Source of the DNA: Candidatus Spongiisociaceae bacterium
Lineage (GTDB): Bacteria; Actinomycetota; Acidimicrobiia; Spongiisociales; Spongiisociaceae
Assembly (NCBI GenBank): GCA_965262915.1
Contig: OZ253564.1
Span: 4,512,001-4,576,000 of the forward strand
Direction of reading: 5' to 3'
DNA: 64,000 nt
Position numbers and translations under genes: made by a program. The notes below the pieces were generated by a model. The model saw only the letters and a program-made list of their open reading frames with translations, was not told where the DNA came from and ran no database searches. Position 1 is the first letter of the stretch. Every line of letters starts with the position of its first letter. Positions 28,073 to 38,470 of the stretch are shown here, in pieces.

Positions 28073-29416
28073 GTGCCGATGATCTGCACCTTCTGCGAGA
28101 CGCGCGAGGAAGACGCCCGAGCCCTGGTCGTCAGTTCGCCGACAGCCGCCATCTGCGACAGGTGCGTCGAGCTCGCCTCGGAGATGGTCAAGGAGAGATT
28201 GACCCCCATCGGTGACATGGTGCTCGACAACATCGGGCAACTGGCCACCAACAACCCTCGCTTCCCGGGGATCCTGGGGGTCGTGGACGATGCGGTGGTG
28301 GCTATCCGGCGGGGAAGGATCATCTGGGCCGGCCCGGCCGAACGCCTACCCCAGGGCCTCGACCCCCTTCCCCGCCTCGATTGCGGAGGGCGGACGGTCA
28401 TACCGGGCCTGGTCGATGCCCACACCCATATGCTGTTCGGCGGAGACCGCAGCGACGAGTTCGCCTTGCGGGCCGCCGGGATACCGGAGGTCGAAGCGTC
28501 CGTCCGGGGCGGCGGTCCCGCCGGGACTGCCCGGACCACCCGGATGATGGAACCCGACGACTTCGCCGACGCGGTCAGCCGGCGCCTGAGCCGGATGCTG
28601 GAGTCCGGAACCACCACCGCCGAGGCCGCCGCCGGCTACAGCACCAGCCACCGGGACGAGCTCGAACTCCTCGAGATCGCCGGGCTGGTCAACGAGATCC
28701 ACGCTCTGGACCTGGTGGCCACGTTCGACATAGCCCGGCTCCCGCTCATTCCCCCGGACCGAGAGGACTATCTGCACAACCTGGTCGACAAGGTGCTTCC
28801 CGAGGTTGCCGACCTCGGCTACGCCATCCGCATCGCCTACGGGAGGGAATCCCTGACGGTCGACGAAGCCCACCTGCTGCTGTCGACCGCCGCCGGACTC
28901 GGAACGCGGACCCGCCTTCACTGCGAGGACACGACGTCGGGCGAAGCGTACCGCCTGGCATTGGATGCCGGAGCGACCGTCATCGACCACTGCGGCAACG
29001 TGGATCGCACGAGAGCCAAGGAGATGGGCAACCGGGGCACGGCGGTGGTCATCACCCCCGTCACCAGCCTGGCGGGCCGGGGCTACATACCTCCGCTCCG
29101 CGAACTGGTCGCCTCCGGCGTACCGGTTGCGCTGGGAACCGATTGCCGCCCGGTCCCCGTGCTGGTGGAGTCTCTGCCGCTGGCCATCTCGTTGGCGGTC
29201 ATGGAGATGGGGTTCACTCCGGACCAGGCACTGTGGTCGGCGACTCGGGGGGGCGCCATCGCCCTCGGATTGCAGGATCGGGGTTGGATCGCCCATGGGG
29301 CAACGGCCGACCTGCTCATTCTGGATGCACCGAGCCCCACCTACCTCAGCTACCGGCCCGGGGCCGATCTGGTCTGGAAAGTACTCAAGAACGGAATAGT
29401 GGTGGTCAACCGCTGA
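28073..29416 (+). CDS. Imidazolonepropionase (HutI)-like amidohydrolase with N-terminal ClpX-type C4 zinc finger
   Basis: CTFC-x19-CDRC at the N-terminus; PGLVDAHTH, GTTTAE, RLHCED, ALGTD. Confidence 0.75.
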   Translation: MPMICTFCETREEDARALVVSSPTAAICDRCVELASEMVKERLTPIGDMVLDNIGQLATNNPRFPGILGVVDDAVVAIRRGRIIWAGPAERLPQGLDPLPRLDCGGRTVIPGLVDAHTHMLFGGDRSDEFALRAAGIPEVEASVRGGGPAGTARTTRMMEPDDFADAVSRRLSRMLESGTTTAEAAAGYSTSHRDELELLEIAGLVNEIHALDLVATFDIARLPLIPPDREDYLHNLVDKVLPEVADLGYAIRIAYGRESLTVDEAHLLLSTAAGLGTRTRLHCEDTTSGEAYRLALDAGATVIDHCGNVDRTRAKEMGNRGTAVVITPVTSLAGRGYIPPLRELVASGVPVALGTDCRPVPVLVESLPLAISLAVMEMGFTPDQALWSATRGGAIALGLQDRGWIAHGATADLLILDAPSPTYLSYRPGADLVWKVLKNGIVVVNR

Positions 29417-29489
29417 GAACTCTCCGACCCGGCGGATCCCCCTCCGTCCGGATGGCACGGAGGCGAAACCGCGGTAACCTTGTCCGTCG

Positions 29490-30305
29490 ATGGCCTTTTC
29501 CCCCGCCCTCCGGCACGAGCATCCGATCGCCATGGCCCACCGGGGATCGATGTTGTTGTGGCCCGAGAACACCATGACAGCCTTCCAGAACGCGGTGAAC
29601 CTGGGGTACCTCTACCTCGAGACCGACCTCCGGATCAGCCGCGACGGGGTTCTGGTGACCTTTCACGACGACACGCTCGATCGCACCACCGACGGAACAG
29701 GCCTGGTCTCCGACCACCTGTGGGAGGAACTCGGGCGCCTGGACGCCGGCTACCGGCTCCGCCTGAACGGCGATCACCCCTACCGAGGACAGGGGATCCG
29801 CATACCGACGCTCAAGGAAGTCGTGACCGCCTATCCCGACCGGGTGTTCTCGCTCGACCTCAAGAGCGACGGAATGGAGGAGGCCCTGGTGGAGACCATC
29901 AGCCGTCTGGATCTGTGGGACCGCGTGATCGTGGGATCGTTCAGCGGGGCCCGGCTGCGGCGCTTCCGTTCGCTCGCGGACCGGCCAGTAGCCATGTCGG
30001 CCGGTCCAGGAGAGACGCTCCGGTTCGTGACCGCCACCCGGTTTCGCCTCCCCTACCGGCCGAAGGCCGACTCGTTCCAAGTACCCGTCAAGCACGGCAT
30101 CACCATCGTGAGCGCCCGGACGGTGCGAGCCGCCCGAGAACTCGGCGTGCCGTTGATAGTGTGGACGATCAACGACCGGGGGGAGATGGAGGACCTACTC
30201 GACTTGGGCGTGGACGGCATCATCACCGACCGCCCGGACCTGCTGCGGGAGTTGCTGGACGAACGCAGCCGGGACACCGGACCGAGGGGGGCCGCAGATG
30301 GGTGA
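29490..30305 (+). CDS. Glycerophosphodiester phosphodiesterase
   Basis: AHRG, PENT, ETDLRISRDG, HDDTLDRTT, WTIND, GVDGIITD. Confidence 0.9.
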   Translation: MAFSPALRHEHPIAMAHRGSMLLWPENTMTAFQNAVNLGYLYLETDLRISRDGVLVTFHDDTLDRTTDGTGLVSDHLWEELGRLDAGYRLRLNGDHPYRGQGIRIPTLKEVVTAYPDRVFSLDLKSDGMEEALVETISRLDLWDRVIVGSFSGARLRRFRSLADRPVAMSAGPGETLRFVTATRFRLPYRPKADSFQVPVKHGITIVSARTVRAARELGVPLIVWTINDRGEMEDLLDLGVDGIITDRPDLLRELLDERSRDTGPRGAADG

Positions 30306-30876
30306 TTGGGTCGATGTCGGGCGGGTCGTCAAGCTCCAGGTCCAGCGAGACCTCCTGCGGCGGGGCCCTGTCTACGGCACGGGGAACCTCGCCGAGGTGT
30401 CGGTTCTGCGCCTCACCCCGGACGGGCCGATCGGGTTCGATGGTTCTTCCTGGATCGTCGACCGCCATCACCGCGCCCATCCGGCATCGGCGCGCTACGA
30501 CCCGGCCCGGGCCCTCTCGATCGGGTTCACCTCGCACTACGAGTACATCTGGGGTCGCTTCGACCCCATCCCGCTCGGATCCGCGGGCGAGAACCTGATA
30601 GTGGAGACGGATCGACTGATTTCCCTCCCCGACCTGGAGGGCGGCATTCGTATCCACAGCTCAGAAGCTTCGGTCGCCATCGGGACCGCGGCCGTCGCCG
30701 AACCCTGCGTGCCGTTCACCCGTTTCGCTACCGGACATCACGACGCCCGGGCCGACGAGATCGTCGAGGAGCGGAACCAATTGCGGCGGGGTATCAGGGG
30801 CTTCGTGATGGCTGTGGACGGCATAGACAACTTCGACATCTCCCCGGGCGCCACGGTGTCGGTCCGCCCCGGCTGA
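30298..30876 (+). CDS. MOSC-like domain protein
   Basis: GENL and EPC motifs of MOSC beta-barrel proteins; overlaps the upstream gene. Confidence 0.55.
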   Translation: MGDWVDVGRVVKLQVQRDLLRRGPVYGTGNLAEVSVLRLTPDGPIGFDGSSWIVDRHHRAHPASARYDPARALSIGFTSHYEYIWGRFDPIPLGSAGENLIVETDRLISLPDLEGGIRIHSSEASVAIGTAAVAEPCVPFTRFATGHHDARADEIVEERNQLRRGIRGFVMAVDGIDNFDISPGATVSVRPG

Positions 30877-30992
30877 GCCCGGTGGTCCGCCTCGGTAACA
30901 ACTTGGCGCGCCCTGCCTGGCATCGACGCCACGCGCCGGCGGTGCGCGCCACGGCGCGACCCTGCGGGCACACCGCCGCCACCTGGGGCGTC

Positions 30993-31868
30993 ATGATGGG
31001 AGATCCCGGGGCATCCGGCCCGCCGATCGGTGTGCTCCGTCTCGGAATACTCCTCCTCGTGATGGCGGCGGGCGTCGTGTCCTGCGGCGGGAGCGACGGC
31101 GAGGGCCTGCCAGATGACGCGCTGATCCTGGTCGTGTCGTCGGATCTCTCGGTCGGGCACGAGCGCGTGCTGGTCTCCGCCATCGACCGCGAGAACCGTT
31201 CACTGGTCACCGACCGGCCGGTCCGGCTGGCCTTCTTCGCTCCGGACGGAACAGCGAGAGCGGAGGTGCCGGCGAGCTTCGAGTGGGCGATTCCCGAGGT
31301 CCGCGGCATGTGGGTGGCCAGGGTGGCGTTCGATGTCCCCGGCAACTGGACACCCGCGATCCGGACCCCGGATGACCGCCTGGTGCGCGGCGTCCCGTTC
31401 AGCGTGGCGCCGGAGTCTCTTGCCGTAGCGGTCGGGGATACCGCGCCCGCCTCGCGGTCGAAAACCCTGGCCGGCGGGCCGATCGAGGCGGTCACCACCG
31501 ACCCGGACCCCGATCCCCGCCTCTACGAGACGACGGTGGCCGAGGCGGTCCGGTCGGGCCGCCCGTCGGTGATCGTCTTCGCCACGCCGGCCTTCTGCAC
31601 CAGCCGGACCTGCGGACCGGTGCTGGATTCCGCCAAGGCGCTCCTCGACCGCTACCCGGACGTGAACTGGATCCACGTGGAGGTGTACGACAACCTCGAC
31701 GCGCCCACCACCGAAGCCCTGATCCCGACGGATCCGGTGCTCGAATGGGGCTTGCCCAGCGAGCCGTGGGTGTTCGTGGTGGATGCCGCCGGGATCGTGG
31801 CCGACAGGTTCGAGGGTGTGGTCGGCCGCGCCGAGCTGGACGAGGCACTGGCGCGGGTGACGGCATGA
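30993..31868 (+). CDS. Thioredoxin-fold lipoprotein
   Basis: Lipobox VVSC; FATPAFCTSRTCGP; EPWVFVVD. Confidence 0.7.
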   Translation: MMGDPGASGPPIGVLRLGILLLVMAAGVVSCGGSDGEGLPDDALILVVSSDLSVGHERVLVSAIDRENRSLVTDRPVRLAFFAPDGTARAEVPASFEWAIPEVRGMWVARVAFDVPGNWTPAIRTPDDRLVRGVPFSVAPESLAVAVGDTAPASRSKTLAGGPIEAVTTDPDPDPRLYETTVAEAVRSGRPSVIVFATPAFCTSRTCGPVLDSAKALLDRYPDVNWIHVEVYDNLDAPTTEALIPTDPVLEWGLPSEPWVFVVDAAGIVADRFEGVVGRAELDEALARVTA

Positions 31869-31977
31869 CCACCACCCTGCGGCCCCACGACGGGTCTCGG
31901 CTTGTTCGCAACCGCGGGAGACCCGTAACATGCGAGAATCCCGCGACGCACCCGCGGTCGAGTCACGAAAGGCAGAG

Positions 31978-33048
31978 ATGAACCGACGCGAGCGGCCGGC
32001 ATGGTGGCCATCGAGATGTGCGCCGGTAGCCCTTCTCGCCATCGTCTTGCTGGGCAGTTGCGGCCGGGTCGAACAACCTCTCAACTCGTTCGACTCCCAA
32101 GGACCGATCGCCGAGCGTATCAACGCCCTGTTCTGGCCGGTGTTCTGGATGGCCGTGGTCATCTTCGTCCTGGTCCAGGGCGCCCTGCTGCTGGCCGTCT
32201 TCCTGTTCCGGGAACGCAAGGGGAAGGAACGCCCCGAGCCCAAGCAGGTGACCGGCAACACCCGGCTCGAGTTGTTGTGGACGGTGATCCCGACACTGAT
32301 CCTGGCCGGTATCGCCGTCCCGACGGTAGCGACGCTGTTCGATCTGGCCGAGTGCCCGCGCGGCGCCATGGAAGTCGAGGTCATCGGACACCAGTGGTGG
32401 TTCGAGTACCGCTATCCCGACTCGGGCGTCACAACCGCCAACGTGATGGTGATACCCGAGGACACCGAGGTCTGCGCAAAGATGACCTCCGACGACGTGC
32501 TCCACAACTTCTGGATTCCCAAGCTGGCGGGGAAGCGCTACCTGGTGCCCGGACAGGAAACCGAGCAGCGCCTCTATGCCGACGATCCCGGCGAGTATTG
32601 GGGACACTGCGCCGAGTTCTGCGGGCTCAGCCACGCCCGGATGCGGGCCCGGGTGATCGCCATGACCCGCGGAGATTTCGATGCCTGGGTGGACAACCAG
32701 CTCCTCCCCGCCGTGACACCGTCGCCCGGCTCCGAGGCAGAGCGGGGAATGGAGGTGTTCCTGGGAGGAGCCTGTATCGGGTGCCACATCATCGACGGGG
32801 TGAACGACCCGGATCCGGCCACCCTGACCGTGCCGGCGCCGGACCTGACCCACTTCGCCGACCGCCATGTATTCGCAGGGGCGACCCTGCCCGCCGGATT
32901 GAATCCCACCCGGGCGGATTGGGAGGCGGGCCTGAAGCTCTGGCTGGCCGACCCGCCGACCTGGAAGCCCGGATCGTTCATGTCCGACCTCGGCCTGACC
33001 GCCGACGAGATCGACGCCCTGGTCGCCTACCTGTCGACGCTGGAATGA
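31978..33048 (+). CDS. ctaC: Cytochrome c oxidase subunit II with fused cytochrome c (caa3 type)
   Basis: QWWF, HNFWIP, CuA motif CAEFCGLSHARM, heme c motif CIGCH. Confidence 0.93.
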   Translation: MNRRERPAWWPSRCAPVALLAIVLLGSCGRVEQPLNSFDSQGPIAERINALFWPVFWMAVVIFVLVQGALLLAVFLFRERKGKERPEPKQVTGNTRLELLWTVIPTLILAGIAVPTVATLFDLAECPRGAMEVEVIGHQWWFEYRYPDSGVTTANVMVIPEDTEVCAKMTSDDVLHNFWIPKLAGKRYLVPGQETEQRLYADDPGEYWGHCAEFCGLSHARMRARVIAMTRGDFDAWVDNQLLPAVTPSPGSEAERGMEVFLGGACIGCHIIDGVNDPDPATLTVPAPDLTHFADRHVFAGATLPAGLNPTRADWEAGLKLWLADPPTWKPGSFMSDLGLTADEIDALVAYLSTLE

Positions 33049-33067
33049 TGGATCGAAGGAGGCCTCG

Positions 33068-35125
33068 ATGGCAATCGACCTGACGACCGAGACCGTCAAG
33101 CGGCCTGCCACCACCGTCTACCGCCGCCCGCGGTTGACAACGGGCTTCTGGGGCTGGATCACCACCGCGGACCACAAGAAGATCGGTCTCCTGTACGGCT
33201 ACACGGCGTTCGTCTTCTTCATCACCGGCGGGATCGAAGCGCTGCTCCTTCGCATCCAGTTGGCCGGCCCGAACGGCGCCTTCCTGAGCGCCGCGGAGTA
33301 CAACGGCCTGTTCACCACGCACGCAGTGACGATGATATTCCTGTTCGTCATGCCGATCTCGGCGGCCTTCTTCAACTATCTCCTGCCGCTCATGATCGGC
33401 GCCAGGGACGTGGCCTTCCCTCGCATGAACGCGGTCAGCTACTGGATCTTCCTGTTCGGGGGCTTGTTCATCTACTCGTCGCTGTTGTTCGCGACCTCGC
33501 CCGCCCCGCTCGGTGGCAACCTTCCCGGAGGAGCCACCGACGCCAGCATGCTCGGCTCCATCCCCAACAGCGGGTGGTTCATCTACGCACCCAACAGCGG
33601 GGCGGAGTTCTCGCCGGGCACCGCCGTCGACTACGCGGCGCTCGGGTTGCAGATGCTCGGCGTGGCGTCCCTCATCTCGGCGGTCAACTTCATCGTCACC
33701 ATCCTCAACATGAGGGCCAGGGGGATGAGGCTCCTGCGCATGCCTGTGTTCGTGTGGATGACGCTGGTCGTGGCGCTGCTGCTGCTGTTCTCGCTGCCGA
33801 TCATCGCCATCGCCCTCTTCATGCTCACCTTCGACCGGCAGTTCGGAACGCTGTTCTTCGTGGCGGAGGCCGGCGGGGACCCGATCCTGTGGCAACACCT
33901 CTTCTGGCTGTTCGGGCACCCCGAGGTGTACATCCTCATCCTTCCGGCCATGGGTATCGTCTCCGAGACCCTGCCGGTGTTCTCCAAGAAACCCCTGTTC
34001 GGCTATCCGGCGGTGGTCTTCGCGGGCGCGGCCATCGCCTTCCTGGGATTCGGTGTGTGGGCCCATCACATGCTCTCGTCCGGCATCCCCACGGTGGCAC
34101 AGGCCGCGTTCGGCCTGTCGACGATGACCATCGCCATCCCCACCGGAATAAAGATCTTCAACTGGCTCGGGACGGTCTGGGGAGGCCGGGTCCGCCTGGC
34201 CACCCCCATGCTGTTCTCGCTCGGGTTCGTGGCGCTGTTCGTGATCGGAGGCCTGTCCGGGGTGACCCACGCGGTCGTTCCGTCGGACTGGCAGCAGACC
34301 GACACCTACTACGTCGTGGCCCACTTCCACTACGTGCTGTTCGGCGGGGCCATCTTCGGCCTGTTCGCCGGCATCTACTACTGGTTCCCCAAGCTGACCG
34401 GCCGAATGTACAACGAGGCCCTCGGTAAGTGGCACTTCTGGCTGATGTTCATCGGCATGAACATGACCTTCGGCCCGATGCACTGGCTGGGACTCCAGGG
34501 CATGGTGCGACGCACCTGGGTGTACGCGGACGAGGCGGGTCTCGGACCGTGGAACATGGTGGCGACAGTGGGGGCCTTCGTCATCGCGGTCTCGGTGCTG
34601 GTGTTCATGATCAACTGGATGCACTCGAAACGGAGAGGCCGGCCGGCGCCCCATGACCCGTGGGACGCCCGTACCCTGGAGTGGACCATTCCCTCGCCCA
34701 GCCCCGAGTACAACTTCGCGGTCGAGCCGGCGGTGACCTCGCTGGACGACTTCTGGCACCGGAAGTACGACGAGGACGAGGACGGGCGGGCGGTCCGCAA
34801 GGAGAAGGCCGACGAGATCGTGGCCGGCATCATCTACGCCAACGGCCACCCGGACCAGGAGATACACCTTCCGGCCCCCTCCTACTTCCCCTTTTTCGTC
34901 GGTTTCGGCATCATGCTCATCGCCTACGGGATCACCTACCACACCCGGCCGTGGGGCATCCCCCTCATCGCGGCCGGCGCCTTGGTCGCCATCGGAGCCT
35001 TCGTGGCATGGGGATCGGAACCGCTCGAGGAGATCCACGACGAGGAACACGACGACCTCGACGACCACGAGGGCGATCCACACGAGCCACACGCCGGGGC
35101 CGCCCTGGGCGGAGGAGACGCCTGA
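33068..35125 (+). CDS. ctaD: Cytochrome c oxidase subunit I (A1 type)
   Basis: DHKKIG, FPRMN, GHPEVY, WAHHM, VAHFHY. Confidence 0.96.
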   Translation: MAIDLTTETVKRPATTVYRRPRLTTGFWGWITTADHKKIGLLYGYTAFVFFITGGIEALLLRIQLAGPNGAFLSAAEYNGLFTTHAVTMIFLFVMPISAAFFNYLLPLMIGARDVAFPRMNAVSYWIFLFGGLFIYSSLLFATSPAPLGGNLPGGATDASMLGSIPNSGWFIYAPNSGAEFSPGTAVDYAALGLQMLGVASLISAVNFIVTILNMRARGMRLLRMPVFVWMTLVVALLLLFSLPIIAIALFMLTFDRQFGTLFFVAEAGGDPILWQHLFWLFGHPEVYILILPAMGIVSETLPVFSKKPLFGYPAVVFAGAAIAFLGFGVWAHHMLSSGIPTVAQAAFGLSTMTIAIPTGIKIFNWLGTVWGGRVRLATPMLFSLGFVALFVIGGLSGVTHAVVPSDWQQTDTYYVVAHFHYVLFGGAIFGLFAGIYYWFPKLTGRMYNEALGKWHFWLMFIGMNMTFGPMHWLGLQGMVRRTWVYADEAGLGPWNMVATVGAFVIAVSVLVFMINWMHSKRRGRPAPHDPWDARTLEWTIPSPSPEYNFAVEPAVTSLDDFWHRKYDEDEDGRAVRKEKADEIVAGIIYANGHPDQEIHLPAPSYFPFFVGFGIMLIAYGITYHTRPWGIPLIAAGALVAIGAFVAWGSEPLEEIHDEEHDDLDDHEGDPHEPHAGAALGGGDA

Positions 35126-35736
35126 TGGCGGAACTCGCCCAAGACCACGGGGACGGCCCGGCCCACCATCAGGTCACGGGGATCGACAACCGCAAGCTGG
35201 GGATGTGGGTGTTCCTCAGCTCCGAATTCCTGTTCTTCGGCGCCCTGATAAACAACTACCTGCTGTTCAAGGGACGGGACTTCGGGCCGGATGCCCTATA
35301 CCCGGTGGAACTGTACGACATCCCCTTCACCTCGATCAGCTCCTTCGTGCTGCTGATGAGCTCGTTGACCATGGTGCTCGCCCACTCGGCGCTCACCCGC
35401 AACGACCAGGACCAGACCAGGACCTGGCTCTTCGCCACCGCGATCCTGGGGATCGTGTTCGTGTCCGGGCAGTTCTTCGAGTTCGCCGAGTTCATCCTCC
35501 ACGGCCTCAAGCTCAACGTGAACCCGGCCGCCAGCGCTTTCTACATGCTGACGGGATTCCACGGCGCCCACGTGATCATCGGGGTGCTGATGCTCCTGGT
35601 GCTGGCGTTCAAGTCGGTCCGGACCGGTAGCCTCTCCGAGGCCGAGGGCCTCAACGTGGAGCTGGTCGGGCTGTACTGGCACTTCGTCGATATCATCTGG
35701 ATCGTGATCTTCGTTCTCGTGTACCTGATCCAGTGA
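35125..35736 (+). CDS. ctaE: Cytochrome c oxidase subunit III
   Basis: GMWVFLSSE, TGFHGAHV, YWHFVD. ATG overlaps the ctaD stop. Confidence 0.93.
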   Translation: MAELAQDHGDGPAHHQVTGIDNRKLGMWVFLSSEFLFFGALINNYLLFKGRDFGPDALYPVELYDIPFTSISSFVLLMSSLTMVLAHSALTRNDQDQTRTWLFATAILGIVFVSGQFFEFAEFILHGLKLNVNPAASAFYMLTGFHGAHVIIGVLMLLVLAFKSVRTGSLSEAEGLNVELVGLYWHFVDIIWIVIFVLVYLIQ

Positions 35737-35753
35737 GGATGCAGGGGTAGCGA

Positions 35754-36065
35754 ATGGCAGGCGGCGAGCACCACCATCCCCAGCCCGGGCAGTACGTGTT
35801 CATCGCGGTCGTGCTGGGGGTGCTCACCGCGGCCGAGGTGGGCCTGTTCTACCTGGAGGCCGGGGTGGATGCCATAGGTCAGAACCTGACCGTCCCTGCC
35901 CTGCTCGGTCTCAGCGCCCTCAAGTTCTACCTGGTGGTGGCAATGTTCATGCACCTGCGCTTCGAGAAGCGACTGCTGTCGCGTTTCTTCACCGCAGGCG
36001 CAGTGCTGGCCGGGGCCCTGTACCTGATCACACTGTCGGCTCTCGGAGCGGTCATCCTGTTCTGA
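35754..36065 (+). CDS. Cytochrome c oxidase subunit IV (caa3 type)
   Basis: LTAAEV, KFYLVVAMFMHLRFE; position in the operon. Confidence 0.85.
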   Translation: MAGGEHHHPQPGQYVFIAVVLGVLTAAEVGLFYLEAGVDAIGQNLTVPALLGLSALKFYLVVAMFMHLRFEKRLLSRFFTAGAVLAGALYLITLSALGAVILF

Positions 36066-36333
36066 AAGGCCACGACGAGCCTGCCGTATCCTGCATACGC
36101 GTTCGACCAGCCGCGTCAGCGACAGCCCTGACAACTGGTCCCTTACCGCGTAACTCCTGCCGTCCGCGAGCGGTGGTGGGCTCGCCAGAAACGCTCTGTA
36201 TCGGCATCTACCCTTGCCAGTCCCAGTGACCTGTACAACTCAAACAGTAGGTATGGTACACGTACACTGCTGTTATCGTAGTAATTAGACGAACCAAGTA
36301 GTAGAACTGCAATATAGGAACGAGGTAAGGACG

Positions 36334-37629
36334 ATGCTGCTTCGATTCGAAATCGGCAACCACCGATCGATCCTCGAGCCTGTGGAGTTGTCGATGATTG
36401 CCATGGACGAGGACAGGCCCGCGACACGTAGCTTCGAGCGGTTGGACGAGAAGGTTCTCACCGTAGCCGGCATCTACGGTGCCAATGCCTCCGGCAAGAC
36501 GAACGTCGTGGACGGCATGGCGTGGCTGTCGCGTGCGATCAGGAACTCGCTGCGCCGGTGGGAGGGCTCGATCCCGCGCGACCCTTTCAACTTCGAGCAG
36601 GGCCTCTCACAGCCATCCAGCTTCGGGGTCGACCTCATGGTCAACGAGGTCCGGTATCGCTACGAACTGGAACTCAACGATAACGAGGTGCTGTTCGAGG
36701 CTCTGTACAGCTATCCCCAGAGGCGGAGGCGCAGGCTGTTCGAGCGGGAGGGCGACAACCTCACATTCAGGCGCGGGACCGAGATCACGGGCGGGGGTCA
36801 TGAGTTGGTCACGCCTACCACTCTCGTCATGTCCACCGCCGGCCGGCTCAACGCCGAGATAGCTGCTGTAGCAGAGTGGCTCCGCAGTATTCGACCCGTC
36901 GGTTTCAGTCCGGGCGTACCGCTCGGGCTAGGGAGAGGGCACTATCACCGCGGCATACGGTGGTCGGTCCCAGGGTGGGAGGATGATCTGGCGGACACGT
37001 TCGACTGGTCGCAGCCTCGGCTCTTCACCGACGAAGCAGCATCCGGTACAGGGGGGGAGCTGCGATCCCTGGCTTTGGCATTGTTGCAATTCGCGGACCT
37101 CGGAATCGACGACGTAGAGGTGGTAAGCGATGCCGACTTCCACACCGGTCACGCAGGCCGCAGAATGAGGCTGTTACACACGGCAGGAAGCCGGACCCGG
37201 CCGTTCGAGCTGTGCGACGAGTCGGAGGGTACGCTGACATGGCTGAGCCTGATGCCCGCCCTGCTCACCGCGTTCAGGAGAGGAGGCCTGATAGTGGTAG
37301 ACGAGTTGGACGCCAGTCTCCACCCGTCGATCTCCAGCAAGTTGATACAGATGTTCCAGGATCCCTCGATGAACCGCCCGGGTGGGCAGATCGTCTTCAC
37401 ATCCCACGATGTGACCCTGCTGGGTTACATGAACCGCGACGAGGTGTGGCTCACGTCGAAGCGACCGGACGCAAGCACCGTGCTAACACCGTTGTCTGAC
37501 TATCGAGGCCACAGGGTCCGCCGCTCGGCGAACTTGGAGCACGCCTACCTGGAGGGCAGGTTCGGAGGGACACCGGTGGTGGACCCGTCCCGTATTCGCC
37601 AGGCGATTGCCCTCATCTCCGGCAACTGA
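36334..37629 (+). CDS. RloA-like AAA (AAA_21/ABC-type) ATPase
   Basis: MLLRFEIGNHRSI, GANASGKTN, ESEGT, DELDASLHP, FTSHD, RDEVW, YLEGRFGGTP. Confidence 0.85.
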   Translation: MLLRFEIGNHRSILEPVELSMIAMDEDRPATRSFERLDEKVLTVAGIYGANASGKTNVVDGMAWLSRAIRNSLRRWEGSIPRDPFNFEQGLSQPSSFGVDLMVNEVRYRYELELNDNEVLFEALYSYPQRRRRRLFEREGDNLTFRRGTEITGGGHELVTPTTLVMSTAGRLNAEIAAVAEWLRSIRPVGFSPGVPLGLGRGHYHRGIRWSVPGWEDDLADTFDWSQPRLFTDEAASGTGGELRSLALALLQFADLGIDDVEVVSDADFHTGHAGRRMRLLHTAGSRTRPFELCDESEGTLTWLSLMPALLTAFRRGGLIVVDELDASLHPSISSKLIQMFQDPSMNRPGGQIVFTSHDVTLLGYMNRDEVWLTSKRPDASTVLTPLSDYRGHRVRRSANLEHAYLEGRFGGTPVVDPSRIRQAIALISGN

Positions 37630-37631
37630 GG

Positions 37632-38264
37632 ATGGCCCCGCGCCGGCGCGGCCGCAGATCGCTCCGCCGCCGCCCACCCCGCATAGACGAACGAAAGCGG
37701 TTAGTCGTTTTCTGCGAAGGGGAGGTCACCGAGCCGGCTTATCTCACTGCCCTCGAGCGGTTTCATGGCGTCAAGAGTGTCGCTGTGTTCGATATCCGCG
37801 AAGTCGGTTGTACTCCCCGCTCGCTCGACGAGCGAGCTAAGAAGGCGATAGTCGAAGCCGGTGAAGCGGCTACGGACAACACGGAGTACTGGTGCGTGTT
37901 CGACGTGGAAGCACCGACACCGCATCCAAGACTATAGGAGGCTGTTGTGATGGCGCGTGACAACGGTATCCGTGTCGCGATTTCCAATCCCTGCTTCGAG
38001 CCGTGGTTGGTCCTCCACTACGCCCAGCAAACAGCCTGGCTCGACACCGCCGCTGCCGTAGCATTGCGGAGCCGATACGACGGGTCCGCAGGGAAGGGTC
38101 TCGACGGCGCGACCTACGTGCGACGCCGTGCGGATGCGGTCGACAGGGCCAGGAAGCTCGAAGCCATGCACGAGGGGGATAGAAGGGAGTTCCCGAACGA
38201 CAACCCGTCCTCCGGTATGTTCAAACTCGTGGGAACCGTCGAACCTTCCACTCCGGGCGACTAA
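37632..38264 (+). pseudogene. RloB-family protein interrupted by in-frame TAG (37935-37937)
   Basis: CEGEVTEPAYL, WCVFDVE, ISNPCFEPWLVLH, NPSS. ORFs 37632-37937 and 37947-38264 are in the same frame. Confidence 0.78.
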
Positions 38265-38470
38265 GGTGCCCGCAAAGGCCCAACCGTGTCGAGCCCATGT
38301 GTTCGGCACCCCCACACCCTCAACACATCATCGCACGCGGGTCAACCTCCCGTGGTCACAGGGTATGTAGACATTCTTCGGGCGTCTACCCTGGTGATCA
38401 CAATCGTGAAGAGGCCTGAACGCGTGCATCGGCTCGAGTCCCCACCATCCCTGCCGGAGAACTCTCCGAG

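Noticed and set aside
32978-35092. Long antisense ORFs (704 aa opposite ctaD; also 15575-16891 and 25219-26526)
   Set aside because: Shadow ORFs expected from high-GC codon bias opposite well-supported genes; no motifs.
36085-38435. Inverted repeats bounding the rloAB insert (acgcgttc / gaacgcgt)
   Set aside because: Only about 8 bp match and no target duplication; compatible with chance.
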